Shown here: in pieces, positions 30,671 to 44,751 of the stretch
How positions within the stretch are numbered: position 1 is the stretch's first letter
Layout: every line of letters begins with the position of its first letter
DNA from: Eledone cirrhosa
Taxonomy: Eukaryota
NCBI GenBank assembly: GCA_964016885.1
Contig: OZ024750.1
Location: 45,384,001 to 45,448,000 of the forward strand
Length of the DNA: 64,000 nucleotides
Direction of reading: 5' to 3'
The notes under the pieces: model-generated
What the model was told of the DNA's origin: nothing
Database searches by the model: none
What the model saw: the letters and a program-made list of their open reading frames with translations, nothing else
Made by a program: the position numbers and the translations under genes

Positions 30671-31086
30671 TAAGGCGGGTAAAATTCCCGAGATCCATGG
30701 ACGAGTTCTCTCTGGCGGTCTCTGTCCCTCATTATCGCTGCCATGTCCTGCGTCTCCAACAGACCAGTGTCTGTCCTTAGGGCATCAACATACGTTAACC
30801 ATGGTCATCCTCTTCTAGTGTGTCCATGTAGGGGCTCCCAAAGGAGAAGTGAGTGCAATGTCAACTCTGGATGTCGGTGAGCATGTCCAGTTAACCTCAG
30901 TCTCCTCTGTGTCACTTTTGAGCTGACTTTTGCTGTATGGGTCTGAGACTTGGACACTGACCAAGAAATTCACTCAGATTTTGGATGGGTGCTACACGAG
31001 AATACTGAGGATGGCTCTGAACATTAATCAGTATACACTGAGGATGAAAACCTCAGAGCGGTATGGGAGCATCCCAAAAGTCAGCT
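30671..31086 (-). mobile_element. 5'-truncated, 5'-inverted RTE-type LINE fragment
   Basis: Minus 30932-30671 encodes KVSSKVTQRRLRLTGHAHRHPE..LLLWEPLHGHTRRG*PWLTYVDALRTDTGL..MRDR. Plus 30930-31086 encodes the directly preceding LLYGSETWTLTKK..LDGCYTRILRMALNI..YGSIPKVS. Confidence 0.85.
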
Positions 31087-31485
31087 ATATATATATATAT
31101 ATATATAACTTCATACGTTTTCCCGTGCTTCTGATACTGATGTTGTAGGAGTCACAGTTGTTAATGCTGCTGCTGTCATATTTCTTGCTGAGTTGTTTGG
31201 GTTTTTGTTTTATTCGTTCCTGCTGCTTGGTTTATTGCAGCTTTGGGGCAGTTCTTGTTATGTGTGTATTTTTGTGGATGTGGCCCAGGTAGAAATGGGA
31301 ACCTTCCTATCCTAACCAGCAATCATGGCTTACGGCGCCAAACATATGATAACCTGTATTTATACCATTCACCGTAACAAACCAATGTATAACCTACGAG
31401 AGGTATATCAGGTCAGAGATTGCCTCCATAATTTGCTGGCTGGTTTCAATGACGAGTTCTCCCCTGTTTCCTTTATATTATGTAC

Positions 31486-31872
31486 TGGCAGTATCGGTAG
31501 AGGGTCGGACGCCATGCTTTCCAGCATAGTTACGTCCCTTTACGATCTGAGTTCAAATCCCGCCGAGGTTGACTTTGCCTTTCATCCTTACGGGGTCGAT
31601 AAAATAAAGTACCAGTAATGCACTGGGTAATTGCTGGCCTTGTGCCTAAAGTAGAAACAATTATGTATTCCTACTCTGAGGGTGTTGAATTGGCAGTATC
31701 GGTAGAGGGTCAGACGTCATGCTTTCTAGCATAGTTATGTCACTTTATGATCTGAGTTCAAATTCCGCCGAGGTTAACTTTGCCTTTCATCCTTACGGGG
31801 TCGATAAAATAAAGTACCAGTAATGTACTCGGTAATCGCTGGCCTTGTGCCAAAAAGTAGAAACAATTATGT
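31486..31872 (+). mobile_element. Two tandem SINE family 1 copies
   Basis: Head, core and tail occur twice (31486-31664, 31686-31872), each followed by ATTATGTATTCCTACT. Confidence 0.9.
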
Positions 31873-32059
31873 ATTCCTACTGTGACTACTAAGCAAGCTA
31901 CTATTAGCCAATGAATGGATATCTCCGGTGACATGTGAGGAACCCTTATTTTTCCCCTCAATATCCACGCTGCGACTGTCCCTATCTTCCTCGGAAATGT
32001 TTCGCCGTTTTGTTCTATATAACTCTGAGTATTTTTTCTCCATCCATATACATCTTTCA

Positions 32060-32775
32060 TACATAATCAAGCCCCTTCTAGCTACTCCCTTACCAGATAT
32101 TGCCTCACAACATCACGTCGTTGTTGAAACTACTTGTACATATTTCAATATTTTCCTTGTCCTTATATCTTGATTTTCTAAGTTCTCCTAGTTCCATTTA
32201 ATAATTCCACCACCATATATCTCATTAAGGCCATGGTCATTTACAACTTCTGTTTTATGCCTGCGGTCTAGCTTCCATTCCATGATGAGTTTAACAAGTC
32301 TGAGATATTCATTTCCATTAATTTATATTATCTCCATTCCTTTCACCTATTGAGCACCCAAATCCCGGGGTACATTTACCCTTCGTTAACCACATATTTT
32401 ATAGTCCTTCCCTTTGTCAATTTGATCCCTTTTTTTATCTATACAAACTTCCACCCCTATATCCTGATTTATCTGCTCTGTTGATACAATAATTGTTACT
32501 ACTTTAGGTACAAGGCCAGCAATTATCCAGTGCATTACTGGTACTTTATTTTATCGACCCCGTAAAGATGAAAGGCAAAGTCAACCTCGGCGGGATTTGA
32601 ACTCAGATCGTAAAGGGACGTAACTATGGTGGAAAGCATGGCGTCCGACCCTCTACCGATACTGCCAATCCACCGCTCTGTTGATACAATAATATTCGAC
32701 TTCTTTCAGATTTCTTACAAAATCCTCCAGACCATCCATAAATAACAAATGGTTTACTTTTGTTTCTTGAAGATC
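32060..32775 (-). pseudogene. Decayed R4/Dong-like non-LTR reverse transcriptase fragment interrupted by a SINE
   Basis: Minus strand gives KVNHLLFMDG (HLLFMDD-type catalytic motif), then GIKL, EYLRLVKLI, YGGGIIKWN*ENLENQDIRTRKIL and RRGLI, with stops and frameshifts. Confidence 0.65.
32491..32676 (-). mobile_element. SINE family 1 with 18-bp TSD
   Basis: CTCTGTTGATACAATAAT at 32476-32493 and 32676-32693. Confidence 0.9.
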
Positions 32776-33052
<277 letters not shown>

Positions 33053-33787
33053 CAAGTACAACTTATAATAAAATGTAACCAACAAAAGCTGTAAATATAA
33101 TAAACAAAGAAACTACAAGAAATCAAAAGAAACAAAAACTATCTGAAATAACGAAGACAATTTTCAGAGTTAAATGATTTCCTGTTACGTGAATTTCATT
33201 GCAGACCTAAAAAAATAAACACTATTACAAACATGATTTTGAAATTGAATAAAATCACAAATATATATCGACAGATAGAAGGTAAATAAATTAGACAATG
33301 AAATTTAAATAATAAACACGAGGAAAAAACAAATTTGTTTGACGTGTATTTTCATTTATTATATTTATTTTTAAATCATCTCTTGAGATTTGTAGTTATT
33401 TTATTATTTTGTTTATATTTTGATATATTTTTATAAATATATTCTCCTGTATTTTATGTCATATGTCTATTTTGGACTGAGATTCACAGCATTCATTTAT
33501 TTTTCAGATTTTTCTGGAGATTTAGTTTGAAGCAGAGCAAAGTATTGTGTTTTACATCGATAAAATGGAGTCTAGAATATCACAATGTTTGTCAATCATA
33601 TGAATCATCTCTTCTGTACGATTTGAGAAATATTTGATTATCCCTTATCCTTAATTTATCCCTCTTTTTCACTGTCTTTAGATCAATAAACAGATAAAGA
33701 GACACAGTGGAATATATTTTGAAAAATTAAAATATATTCATAATTACATAAGAATTATTGAAGAAGTGTTCATACGAGGTACATATA

Positions 33788-34177
33788 TAATAATTGTTTC
33801 TAGTTTTGGCACAAGGCCAGCAATTATCCTAGAGCATTACTGGTTTTTTTATTTCATCGACTCCGTAAGGATGAAAGGCAAAGTTAACCAAGGCGGGATT
33901 TTAACTCAGACTGTAAAGGGCCGTAACTCTGTGTTGCAAAGCATGCAGTCCGACCCTCTACCAAATAATTGTTTCTACTTTTGGCACAAGGCCAGCAATA
34001 ACCCAGTGCATTACTGGTACTTTATTTTATCGACCCCGTAAGGATGAAAGGCAAAGTAAACCTCGGCGGAATTTGAACTCAGAATGGCAAGGAGCGTAAC
34101 TCTATGCGTCAAAGCATGGCGTCCGACCCTCTACCGATACTGCCAATCCACCGCCAATCGACCCTCTACCAAATAAT
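33788..34177 (-). mobile_element. SINE family 1 inserted into the head of another copy
   Basis: 19-bp TSD CGACCCTCTACCAAATAAT at 33951-33969 and 34159-34177. Confidence 0.85.
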
Positions 34178-34567
34178 GGTAATTATTGACATACATAGAA
34201 ACATTCATTAATTTTCACACCCTAAACAGAATGAATTTCATTATAGGCGAAATTATGCAAATCACTTCCTCATCTTTATCTAAACGATATTAGTTCGTTT
34301 GAAAATTCTCTAATTGCTTTTCGTTTATCTCTATTATTGACGATCAAACAGGAACCGTTGATATTTCGACACAAGCCGGTATTTGAGATATAAGAATTTC
34401 GATTCCTTGTATAGGGTGTTAGCGACCTCACCATCTATATAAAGGTATGTACCTGATATTCACACCTATTATTAACAGCAATTAAAGATATTTACAGTTA
34501 GTTCTGCCTTTCAAATTTCTAAGAATATATATGTATATACATTTTTTCTAAATTTGATGAGAGCAAG

Positions 34568-34815
34568 TGTGTGTGACAGCTCACACCTATGCAGGTTTAG
34601 CTGGCCACCTCTAAGGTATATCTCGTTGGAGGTGTCTTGGATGATTTAATTTTAGGGATCCCAGTCCTATTATCTCATTTCTACAGCTGTGTAAACTGGA
34701 GCAACGTGAAATAAAGTCTCTTGCTCAAGGAAACAACACATCACCCGATCCGAGAATTGAACTCACAACCTTTCGATTGCAAGCCCAATGCTCTAACTAC
34801 TAAGCCAAGCGCTTC
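34568..34815 (-). mobile_element. SINE family 2 flanked by ~125-bp direct repeats
   Basis: Minus-strand tRNA head at ~34745-34812 and CORE-like domain. 34441-34567 is repeated at 34816-34938. Confidence 0.8.
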
Positions 34816-35189
34816 AAAGGTGTGTACCTGATATTCACACCTATTATCAACAGCAATTAAAGATGTTTACAGTTATTTCTGCCTTTCAAATTTGTAATAT
34901 ATATGTATGTATACTTTTCTACATTTGATGAGAGCAAGACCTCCTAATTAATTAAGACTGTCATAGAAACTTCAAGACCAACATCACTTTAAGGTATGTT
35001 AACATCTAGGAAATTAAGCGAAAGATATAATATATTAATGGATACTGTTTTAATGCTCACAACGGACACACACAACGACATATGTATATGTACATATCTC
35101 TATATATATGTATTCATACATGCCCACACACACGAGCATAGATATATATATATTCATACGCAAACACACACATACACACGCACACACAC

Positions 35190-35853
35190 ATATGTATACA
35201 GACGTACAGTAGTATGTATATATATATACATATATGCACATATATATATATATATATATGTACGTATTGATTCAACGAACATTTATTATAATGCTCGGTG
35301 TGTTTGTAAACAAACATACCGTATTAAGCCGTAGTGTCTAGCAACCATCGTCGCTCGTTTGTTCAACACTGACAAAGGAACGCTGTACTAGTTTCAAGCT
35401 TATTATCTATCGTCAGCAACGTATACCTTCCTGCCAGATTGTTGAACGTATATACTTACCTTATGCATATTAACGGCTGAGTAGCCCAATTTGCATATCG
35501 AGTGGGTTAATCGGCCGGGTGCACCGAAAACGATAAACGGAAAAATGAAACGAAATTTCATTTCCCACCGATAGCTAATAAGCTTGAAACTAGTACAGCG
35601 TTCCTGTGTCAGTGTTGAACTAACGAGCATCGATGGTTGCTAGACACTACGGCTTAATACGGGATGTTTGTTTACAAACACACCGAGAATTATATGTTCG
35701 GTGAATCCATACGTACATATATATATGTGTGCATGTATGTATATATACATACTACTGTACGTCTGTATACATATATGTATGTACGTGTACATACTTATAT
35801 TTAAGTAACAGCCGTACTAAGAGTGGGAAATGAAATTTCGTTTCATTTTTTCC

Positions 35854-35860
<7 letters not shown>
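35190..35860. mobile_element. Inverted-repeat element (arms 35190-35412 / 35569-35777) with complete hammerhead at 35381-35421(-)
   Basis: Minus strand CGTTG-CTGACGA-TAGATAATAAGCTT-GAAAC-TA-GTA|CAGCG. A second, interleaved inverted pair lies at 35533-35568 / 35823-35860. Confidence 0.8.
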
Positions 35861-35907
<47 letters not shown>

Positions 35908-36714
35908 AGTAAGTATGATTTGAAACAGTGAGCAGGTTTGAAATTAGAAAATATATAGCTTTCACCGTATTTTTTACTAAAGTAATTTTAGCCTGATAAT
36001 GTTTATTAGTGTATCTCTTTAAGGCTTTTTATATTCTGATGTAAGATCTGATCCAGGTCAGATTTACTTCTCCTCCTTCAGTAGTTAATAATCTGTGTTA
36101 TCAGTTGAGCTCCCGGACAATCGTTTATCCACAAACTTTTCCACCCTGGTACAGAATCTAGAGAGAAAGTAAGGTATATATATCTATATTTTCCCTATAA
36201 AATACTGCTTTTATCTAAACATATGTTAGCGATTTAAGCGCATAAATACCATCAACAATATTGGGATGTCTTCCATCTGTTTGTCACACATAATGAACCT
36301 AGGACTACATAATCCATTGAATAAACCCGTTTTAATAGATGATCAAATAGACGATTTAAAGACAGCTGCTACTTCTAGCATGTCGATTGACCAAGTAGTA
36401 GCGCTGTTAGACATTAACACATAGTGTTGTATTTCATTGCTTTCAAACATTTTTTCTTCAATTCATCTTATTTCCATTCCAAATATTAGAAAGCTTTTTA
36501 ACTGACAACATTTGTAAATTTTAATTCACATTTAAACATTAAATAGTAACTTAAGCTACTTCACTTGAGACATCTTTTATTTTCCTCGTCACATTTCAAA
36601 TATTTATTCGATATTTAAACGGAATGTGTACGCAGAGCACACATCTATACTCACACACAAACACACACATAGATAAAAAAAATATGTATATATATATAAA
36701 TGCATATGTATATG

Positions 36715-36821
<107 letters not shown>

Positions 36822-37348
36822 AGTGAGCTAGAAAGGTAGATAGATAGATTTGCTTCTACAGACACATACGAACACACAGGTACGTATACCTGAGTATTAA
36901 TGGGGTGGATTGTGTCAATTTACCCTTATCAAATAGTAACTTTGCTCACAAAAAGACCTACATGTGAACGGACTTGGCTTAGAGGTTAGAACGTTGGATT
37001 TACAATTGTTAAGGCGTGAGTTCGAACTCCGGACTGGCGAAGCCTAGTGTCCTTCAACAACACATTTTATTTCACACACTTTCAGTTAATTCAGCTGTAA
37101 AAATAAGTTACGACGTCATCCATGCCAAGCGCTCTAGACATTTACCTTACTTCTAGATGACATAGGTGACATGGAGTGGGCAGGCAGGTATGTGTGGTTA
37201 TTCGCTGGTCATCAACAAAAACACGTTGCCTAGAAAAATGCATCGTAGATGAATTTTATTTGAGTATCGTCCATCATCACCGAAACGACGTCATCTCCCC
37301 TATATGCATGTGGTGGGTTAACGCCACTTATACGTATATATATATATA

Positions 37349-37760
37349 TTAGAAATATAAGCTTTCACCGTATTTTGACTAAAGACATTTTTAACCTGAT
37401 AGTGGGGTTTAGAACCCTCAGAGATATGGAAAAAAATGAGTATTGACGTACATGGGAGTCGAACCCACATCTTTGGTTATCCAGACCACCGTGTTACCAT
37501 TACACCAACACATCACCCATCTCCGTCCATTCAAATTATAAGCTACATTCTTAGTATGTATTGACGTACATGGGAGTCGAACCCACATCTTTGGATCACC
37601 AAAGATGTGGGTTCGACTCCCATGTACGTCAATACTCATCTTTTTCCATTTCTCTGAGGGTTCTAAACCCCACTATCCGGCAAAAAATGTCTTTAGTAAA
37701 AAATACGGTGAAAGCTTATATTTCTAATTTCAACCTCCCTCACTGTTTCAAAATATACTT
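37349..37760. mobile_element. Family G palindromic element carrying a tRNA-like module
   Basis: Arms ~37349-37476 and 37598-37727. Full cloverleaf at 37444-37514(-), partial mirrored copies at 37558-37635, TA flanks. A fragment of the same family lies at 35905-36000. Confidence 0.8.
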
Positions 37761-38550
37761 ATATATATATATATTTATATATATATAAATGAAAAGTATA
37801 GAAATTATTGTAGCAAGAAGCCAACAGTATTCCATAATATATAAGTGACTATAGCATCAAAATGGGAAAATAGTTAACGTAAGATGTGGGAAAAATAATT
37901 CAAACTCAATTCAAAAAAGAATCAGGATATAGATTCATCCAACAGAATTTAATGAAATCCAGGGAAAAATCAGTAGAGCCTTAACGCATGATAAAATAAA
38001 GTTTAAAATACTCATCCTTCAATTTTGAAAAACTACAAATGGTCTGTATAGTCTTGAAAATACTATTTCAAGAAAACTTTCAGTGGGGATGGTCACGGTT
38101 GGAATTCGATCCTCAGCAGAGCTCAACACGATAGCCAAAATCTCACTGAAATGGTACAGAGCGAAATACCTGTTGTTAACGTGATATTCCTTGTTCGATC
38201 ATTATACCTAAAGCTTATAATTTTAAGCAGATAGTATTTTGATTTAGGTGTCATAGAAACCATGCATTTGTATTTTAACATCAATTTCAATGGGTCCAGG
38301 TCTGTGTATTTTTTCATTTATTTTGTGTTGACCTGTTTAGCTTCTTTTGTTTTTTGGCTTAGGTGGTTGATGCTTTCTTGACCTCTTTTCAGTTTTGTAT
38401 GGCGTTTTAAAATATTATTTAGCTCTGTGTTTTAACTATGGAGAGCTTGCCAGCATAATCTAATCCTGATTTTTGCGTTTCGTTTCGCTTTTTCTACCCG
38501 TCGAAATGCGATTCTCGCTGAATTTATATTTATATATATATATATATATA

Positions 38551-39278
38551 TAAATTATTTAGCCTGATAGTGAGGTTAAGAAGCCTCCGAGAAATGGAAA
38601 AAAGATGAGTATTGACGTACATGGGAGTGGAACCCACATCTTTGGTTATCCGGACCACTGTGCTACCATTTACACCAACACATCACCCGTCTTTTTCCAT
38701 TCAAATTAGAAGCTATAAACTTAGCGACTCTCATGTCAAGTAAGAATATTTTCGAAACAGCGAGTGGATTTGAATGGAAAAGGACGGGTGATGTGTTGGT
38801 GTAAATGGTAGCACAGTGGTCCGGATAACCAAAGATGTGGGTTCGACTCCCATGTACGTCAATACTCATCTTTTTCCATTTCTCCGAGGGGTCTTAACCC
38901 CACTATCAGGCTAAATAATTTCTTTAATTTCTTTAGTCAAAATACGGCGATAGCTAACATTTCTAATAATTAAAAAATCCACTCGCTGTTTCGAGAATAT
39001 TCTTACTTGACATTAGAGTCGCTAAGTTTATAGCTCCTAATTTGAATAGAAAAAGACGGGTGATGTGTTGGTGTAAATGGTATCACAGTGGTCCGGATAA
39101 CCAAAGATGTGGGTTCCACTCCCATGTACCTCAATATTCATCTTTTTCCATTTCTCCGAGGATTCTTAACCCCACTATCAGGCTAAATAATTTCTTTAAT
39201 TTCTTTAGTCAAAATACGGCGATAGCTTACATTTCTAATAATTTCAAATCCACGCGCTGTTTCGAGAATATTCTTACT
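38551..39278 (+). mobile_element. Family G: inverted partial copy followed by ~2 tandem 272-bp monomers
   Basis: tRNA-like modules at 38613-38684(-), 38790-38861(+) and 39062-39133(+), period 272 bp. Both ends lie in (TA)n. Confidence 0.85.
38790..38861 (+). tRNA. tRNA-like cloverleaf (anticodon position GGA; probably not a translational tRNA)
   Basis: Acceptor GATGTGT/GTACGTC, D stem GTGT/GCAC with A box TGGTGTAAATGG, anticodon stem TGGT/ACCA with loop CCGGATA, T arm GTGGG-TTCGACT-CCCAT, and TTTTT at 38871-38875. It lacks the long variable arm of tRNA-Ser and purine 37. Confidence 0.6.
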
Positions 39279-39547
39279 ATATATATATATATATATATAT
39301 AAATATATTTATATAAATATAAATTCAGCGAGAATCGCATTTCGACGGGTAGAAAAAGCGAAACGAAACGCATGAATCAGGATTATGCTGGCAAGCGCTC
39401 CATAGTTTAAAAAAAACAGAGCTAAATAATATTTTAAAACGCCATACAAAACTGAAAAAGTGGTCAAGAAAGCATCAACCACGCCAGCCAAAAATCAAAA
39501 GAAGCTAAACAGGTCAACACAAAATAAATGATAAAATACACAGACCT

Positions 39548-39601
<54 letters not shown>

Positions 39602-39933
39602 GGATAACCAGGGTTGTATATTTATTCATATACGAAATGTCCATGTAAATAAACATACTGACTCACATGCAGAGAGGTTCACGCATCTTTTGCACAAACT
39701 GGTGTTAGAAATTCAATCTCATTTTAATGCACAAAACTGCACTCAAGATTGTGGCTGAAAACTATTTCTCGGTATGAATATCTCTGCTGAAACTATATAA
39801 TACTCACGCACATATTCACAAACACACACACACACATAATACAGACATACAGACAGACAGACACGCACACTTACACACACAAACAGACACGCACACATAA
39901 AGACACAAACACACACATACACACACGCATATG

Positions 39934-40014
<81 letters not shown>

Positions 40015-40468
40015 GGAGAAAGAAAGAGAGAAAACATACATACACATAAAGGATTATGCATACATACACAATCATACACTTGTATATACATATACACATG
40101 TCTGTGTATGATCCTTCACACATTGCCAGCAATATAGCCTACCCTTACACCGCTACGACTACACATGTATCTGGTATTTATAATATCCTCCACTAGATTT
40201 CATTAGCGTTCTTTCATAAGATAAGACATCTTCGTGTCAGCTCACCGGTTCCAGAGAACACATTTTACCATCTTCACGTTCATTTTATCAAGCAACATTT
40301 GAACAAATGAAAACGAATATATTTTCACATGAATTATCAGGAGCTCAATATTTTATTAATTTATTTTGTTTCAATTTTATTTAAGTCATTTTTTTTTATT
40401 TACAAAATAATTTATTAATTGATTTATGTATATTTTATATATTTTTTTTTTGTAATTATTGACAAAAT

Positions 40469-40615
<147 letters not shown>

Positions 40616-40745
40616 TTATTGTTTGTTTGTTTCCTCTTAATTATTATATGTGTTATTTCATTTATATTTTCATCATATTTTATATATATATTTTATGTGT
40701 TTAAATACATTCCTTTATGTGTAGTGATTGTTACACACACACACA

Positions 40746-40885
<140 letters not shown>

Positions 40886-40907
40886 TATTCATATATATAT
40901 ATGTATA

Positions 40908-40964
<57 letters not shown>

Positions 40965-41102
40965 GTGTGTGTATATATTTGTATATATATATATATATGC
41001 ATATATGTAAGTATATATGTATATCTCTATATATATATACATATATATATATACATATATATATACATATATATACATATATATATATATACATATATAT
41101 AC

Positions 41103-41156
<54 letters not shown>

Positions 41157-41306
41157 GTATATATATATATATGTATATATATGTATATATATATGTATAT
41201 ATATATATGTATATATATATACACACACACATAGCATAAAGCGACATATAACATGTATTTAAAAATAAAAAAATTACAAAATAAACAAACAACCACACAC
41301 AGATAC

Positions 41307-41345
<39 letters not shown>

Positions 41346-41680
41346 TCTACATTTATATATATATATATATAATATATATATATAATATATGTATATATAT
41401 ATATATAATATATATATATAATATATGTATATATATATATAATATATATATATAATATATGTATATATATATATATAATATATATATATATATATAATAT
41501 ACATACACATATATATATATATACATATATATTTATATATATGCTTATATATATGCATATATATACATATATATATATATACATACACAAACATAACATT
41601 AAGCGACAATAAGATGTAATTAACAATAAACAAAATATAGAACAAGCAAACAAACACACACACACACACGCATACACACA

Positions 41681-41729
<49 letters not shown>

Positions 41730-41821
41730 CCGTTATTCTCAGCACAGATCTAATCGTTCTTGCATGCCGTCACCTAAAAATACCAGCCCCAAAAATTAAG
41801 TAAAAGAAAAGATATAAACAA

Positions 41822-41863
<42 letters not shown>

Positions 41864-41889
41864 GTATTTGTTTATATCTTTTCTTTTAT

Positions 41890-41985
<96 letters not shown>

Positions 41986-42150
41986 GTATGTATATATATA
42001 CATACATATATATATGTATATATATATATACAGATATGGATATATGTATGTATATACATACAGATATATATATATATTTACATATATACATACATACATA
42101 TATATATATACATTCATATATATATAATATATATATATATATATACACAA

Positions 42151-42205
<55 letters not shown>

Positions 42206-42469
42206 GTAACTGAAAAAGTAAAACGAAAATATATATATATATCATAGTAAATGAAACGGCAGATCTTTCGTTAGTTTAAGAAATTTTCTATATTCAGATA
42301 TTTATCATGGCTGCTGAGCTTACTTAAAGTATTTAGTTCCAATCTCTTTTATATAATTAGAAACGTGTTAAATAAATATATTCCAGAAACAACCAATTAA
42401 AACTTTTTAATCTAATGAACGTTTCTGCGATATAAAATCAAATCAAGCATGTTATCAAATGGCAATGCG

Positions 42470-42500
<31 letters not shown>

Positions 42501-42794
42501 GTGTGTGTATATATATATGTACATATATATGTACATATGTGTGTGCGTGTATGTATACATATGATTGTGTTTTTACACACATCAGTGTGTGTTACTGAGG
42601 AATCATGAAGGAGAAAAATTATTTCAATATTAAATGAATCCAAATGAGACAAATACATCACGTTGCTATCGGATAATATCGGATGTGTATAAGGAATTTA
42701 GTGTAATTCACAAACCATTTGTTTGTGTTACAGTTGTGTTGTCAATAATATAGCGTTAATGCATTTTCACAAACACGCAAATACAAAGATATAT

Positions 42795-42908
<114 letters not shown>

Positions 42909-43020
42909 GTACGGATACATGTATTTATATCGAAATAAAAATACATGCACATATATATACACACACACACACACACATATATATATACATATAATGAGTG
43001 TATATATGTGTATATATATG

Positions 43021-43115
<95 letters not shown>

Positions 43116-43584
43116 GTATATATATATATATATAAAATATATATAGAGAGAGAGAGAAAGCGAGAGAGTGAGAAGAAACAGAGAGAGAGAGAGAGAAGGG
43201 AGAGAAGGGAGAGCGAGAATAAAGAGAGAAATGGAAGCGGCTAAATCTTGTTATGTTGAACCAAAATCATAAATGTTGATACCTAAGTACGATCTGATGC
43301 ACTGATTGCCACTTATACAATATATAGTTAACATTTTGAAACATCTTGTTGACTGGAAAAGAGAAAATGTAATACGTAGATGCAGATGTCGCCATTTGCA
43401 AAAATAATCCGAGATATATATATCTACAAGTAATAATTCATTTCACTTCTACGTTATTTGAGATCGTGTTATGACGACAAGGTGTTAAATACCAAAATAT
43501 GTACATAGTTTCCCCTTCCTTACGGCAAACATCAGAGTGTTCCTTCGTCAGCATGACAGTTTATGTGGTAAAACATAGATGAAG

Positions 43585-43910
43585 TACTCCTTTCGTGACG
43601 ACTGACCTTGGGATTTACACCTTTAATGTTCCCTTCCGAGGCATAAGTTCTAGCAAGGTTGTTTGTGGAAGACCAGCAGTCGTCCATGTATACCAGTCTC
43701 CACGCCACCGATGTTGTGCAAGGGAAAGGTAAATGTCATTACAGCTTGGCACCAGTGACGTCGCTACTCAATTCTAAAGCTGAGTGAACTGGAGTAACAT
43801 GAAATAAAGTGCCTTGTTCAAGAACACAACGTAAACCTCGGTCCGAGAATTGAACTCACAACTTCACGATTATAACCGCGACATTCTAACCACTAAGCCA
43901 TGCATCTTCA
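43585..43910 (-). mobile_element. SINE family 2, long form
   Basis: Minus-strand head TGGCTTAGTGG...GAGTTCAATTC, CORE-like GTGTTCTTGAACAAGGCACTTTATTTCA and a long 3' body. Confidence 0.8.
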
Positions 43911-43930
43911 CAATTTATGTAGCAGTAACC

Positions 43931-44123
43931 AATAATTGTTTCTACTTTTGGCACAAGTTCAGCAATTACCCAGTGCATTACTGGTACTTTATTTTATCGA
44001 CCCTGTAAGGATGAAAGGCAAAGTTAACCTCATCGGGATTTGAACTCAGACCATAAAGGGCCGTAAGTCTTTGCTGCAAAGCATGGCGTCCGACCCTCTA
44101 CCGATACTGCCAATCCACCACCC
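43931..44123 (-). mobile_element. SINE family 1 with 18-bp TSD
   Basis: GTAG(C/T)AGTAACCAATAAT at 43919-43936 and 44124-44141. Confidence 0.9.
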
Positions 44124-44751
44124 GTAGTAGTAACCAATAATGCGTTTGTTTCTTTTTTAAATTGTATTCAATTTGAATTGGTGTCGCTCACTTCGCTTGT
44201 GTCGTCTAACACCGAATCAGTGTAGCTTATTCATGACATCTGATTTGCATAATGTTTTAAAGATTACCCTATCCTATATTTTATTCAGTCAATATTTGCT
44301 ATATGAACTGTTCTGCATACAATTCCACTTTTCTGCAGTTTCAGTATCATATGAATTACCTTTATAGACAAATATCTCTACTCGTTCCTTTTACTTTTCC
44401 CTATTTTCTTAGAAAGCTATGGTTTTCTCCCAAAACATTTTCCGTAGAGCAGTGTTGTCGATTCCAAGATAAAGTGAATCAATTGGAAACGGGACAGAGA
44501 AATCGATCAGTGTACTTGATTGATAATTTATTTATCGAATCTGGAAGGAGGAAAATCAAAGTTGATATCGAGAGGATTTGAACACCAAGCATATATTTGT
44601 AGAACGGATAGCGTTAAGCATTTTACTCCGCACTGCCAACACATTTTTAATTCACTGCACGATGTTTTTCTTAATATCTTGAAGATTTGGCTGCTACTTC
44701 TACAGGTCGAGCGACCGCATAAAAGCGTTGTAAGACTTTTTAAATCCGATC

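Larger units (their letters stand above)
38295..39550. repeat. ~240-bp inverted repeat pair (38295-38538 / 39308-39550) enclosing a family G element
   Basis: Arms are reverse complements at high identity, and each inner end runs into (TA)n. Confidence 0.85.

Noticed and set aside
38562-38600. CTGATAG-hairpin-GAGAAA in family G as a hammerhead
   Set aside because: The core is CUGAUAG, not CUGANGA, in all copies, and no stem I/III or NUH site fits.
38790-38861. Functional tRNA-Ser(GGA) gene
   Set aside because: No long variable arm, pyrimidine at 37, C33 in most copies, G27-A43 mismatch, and it lies inside a repeat.
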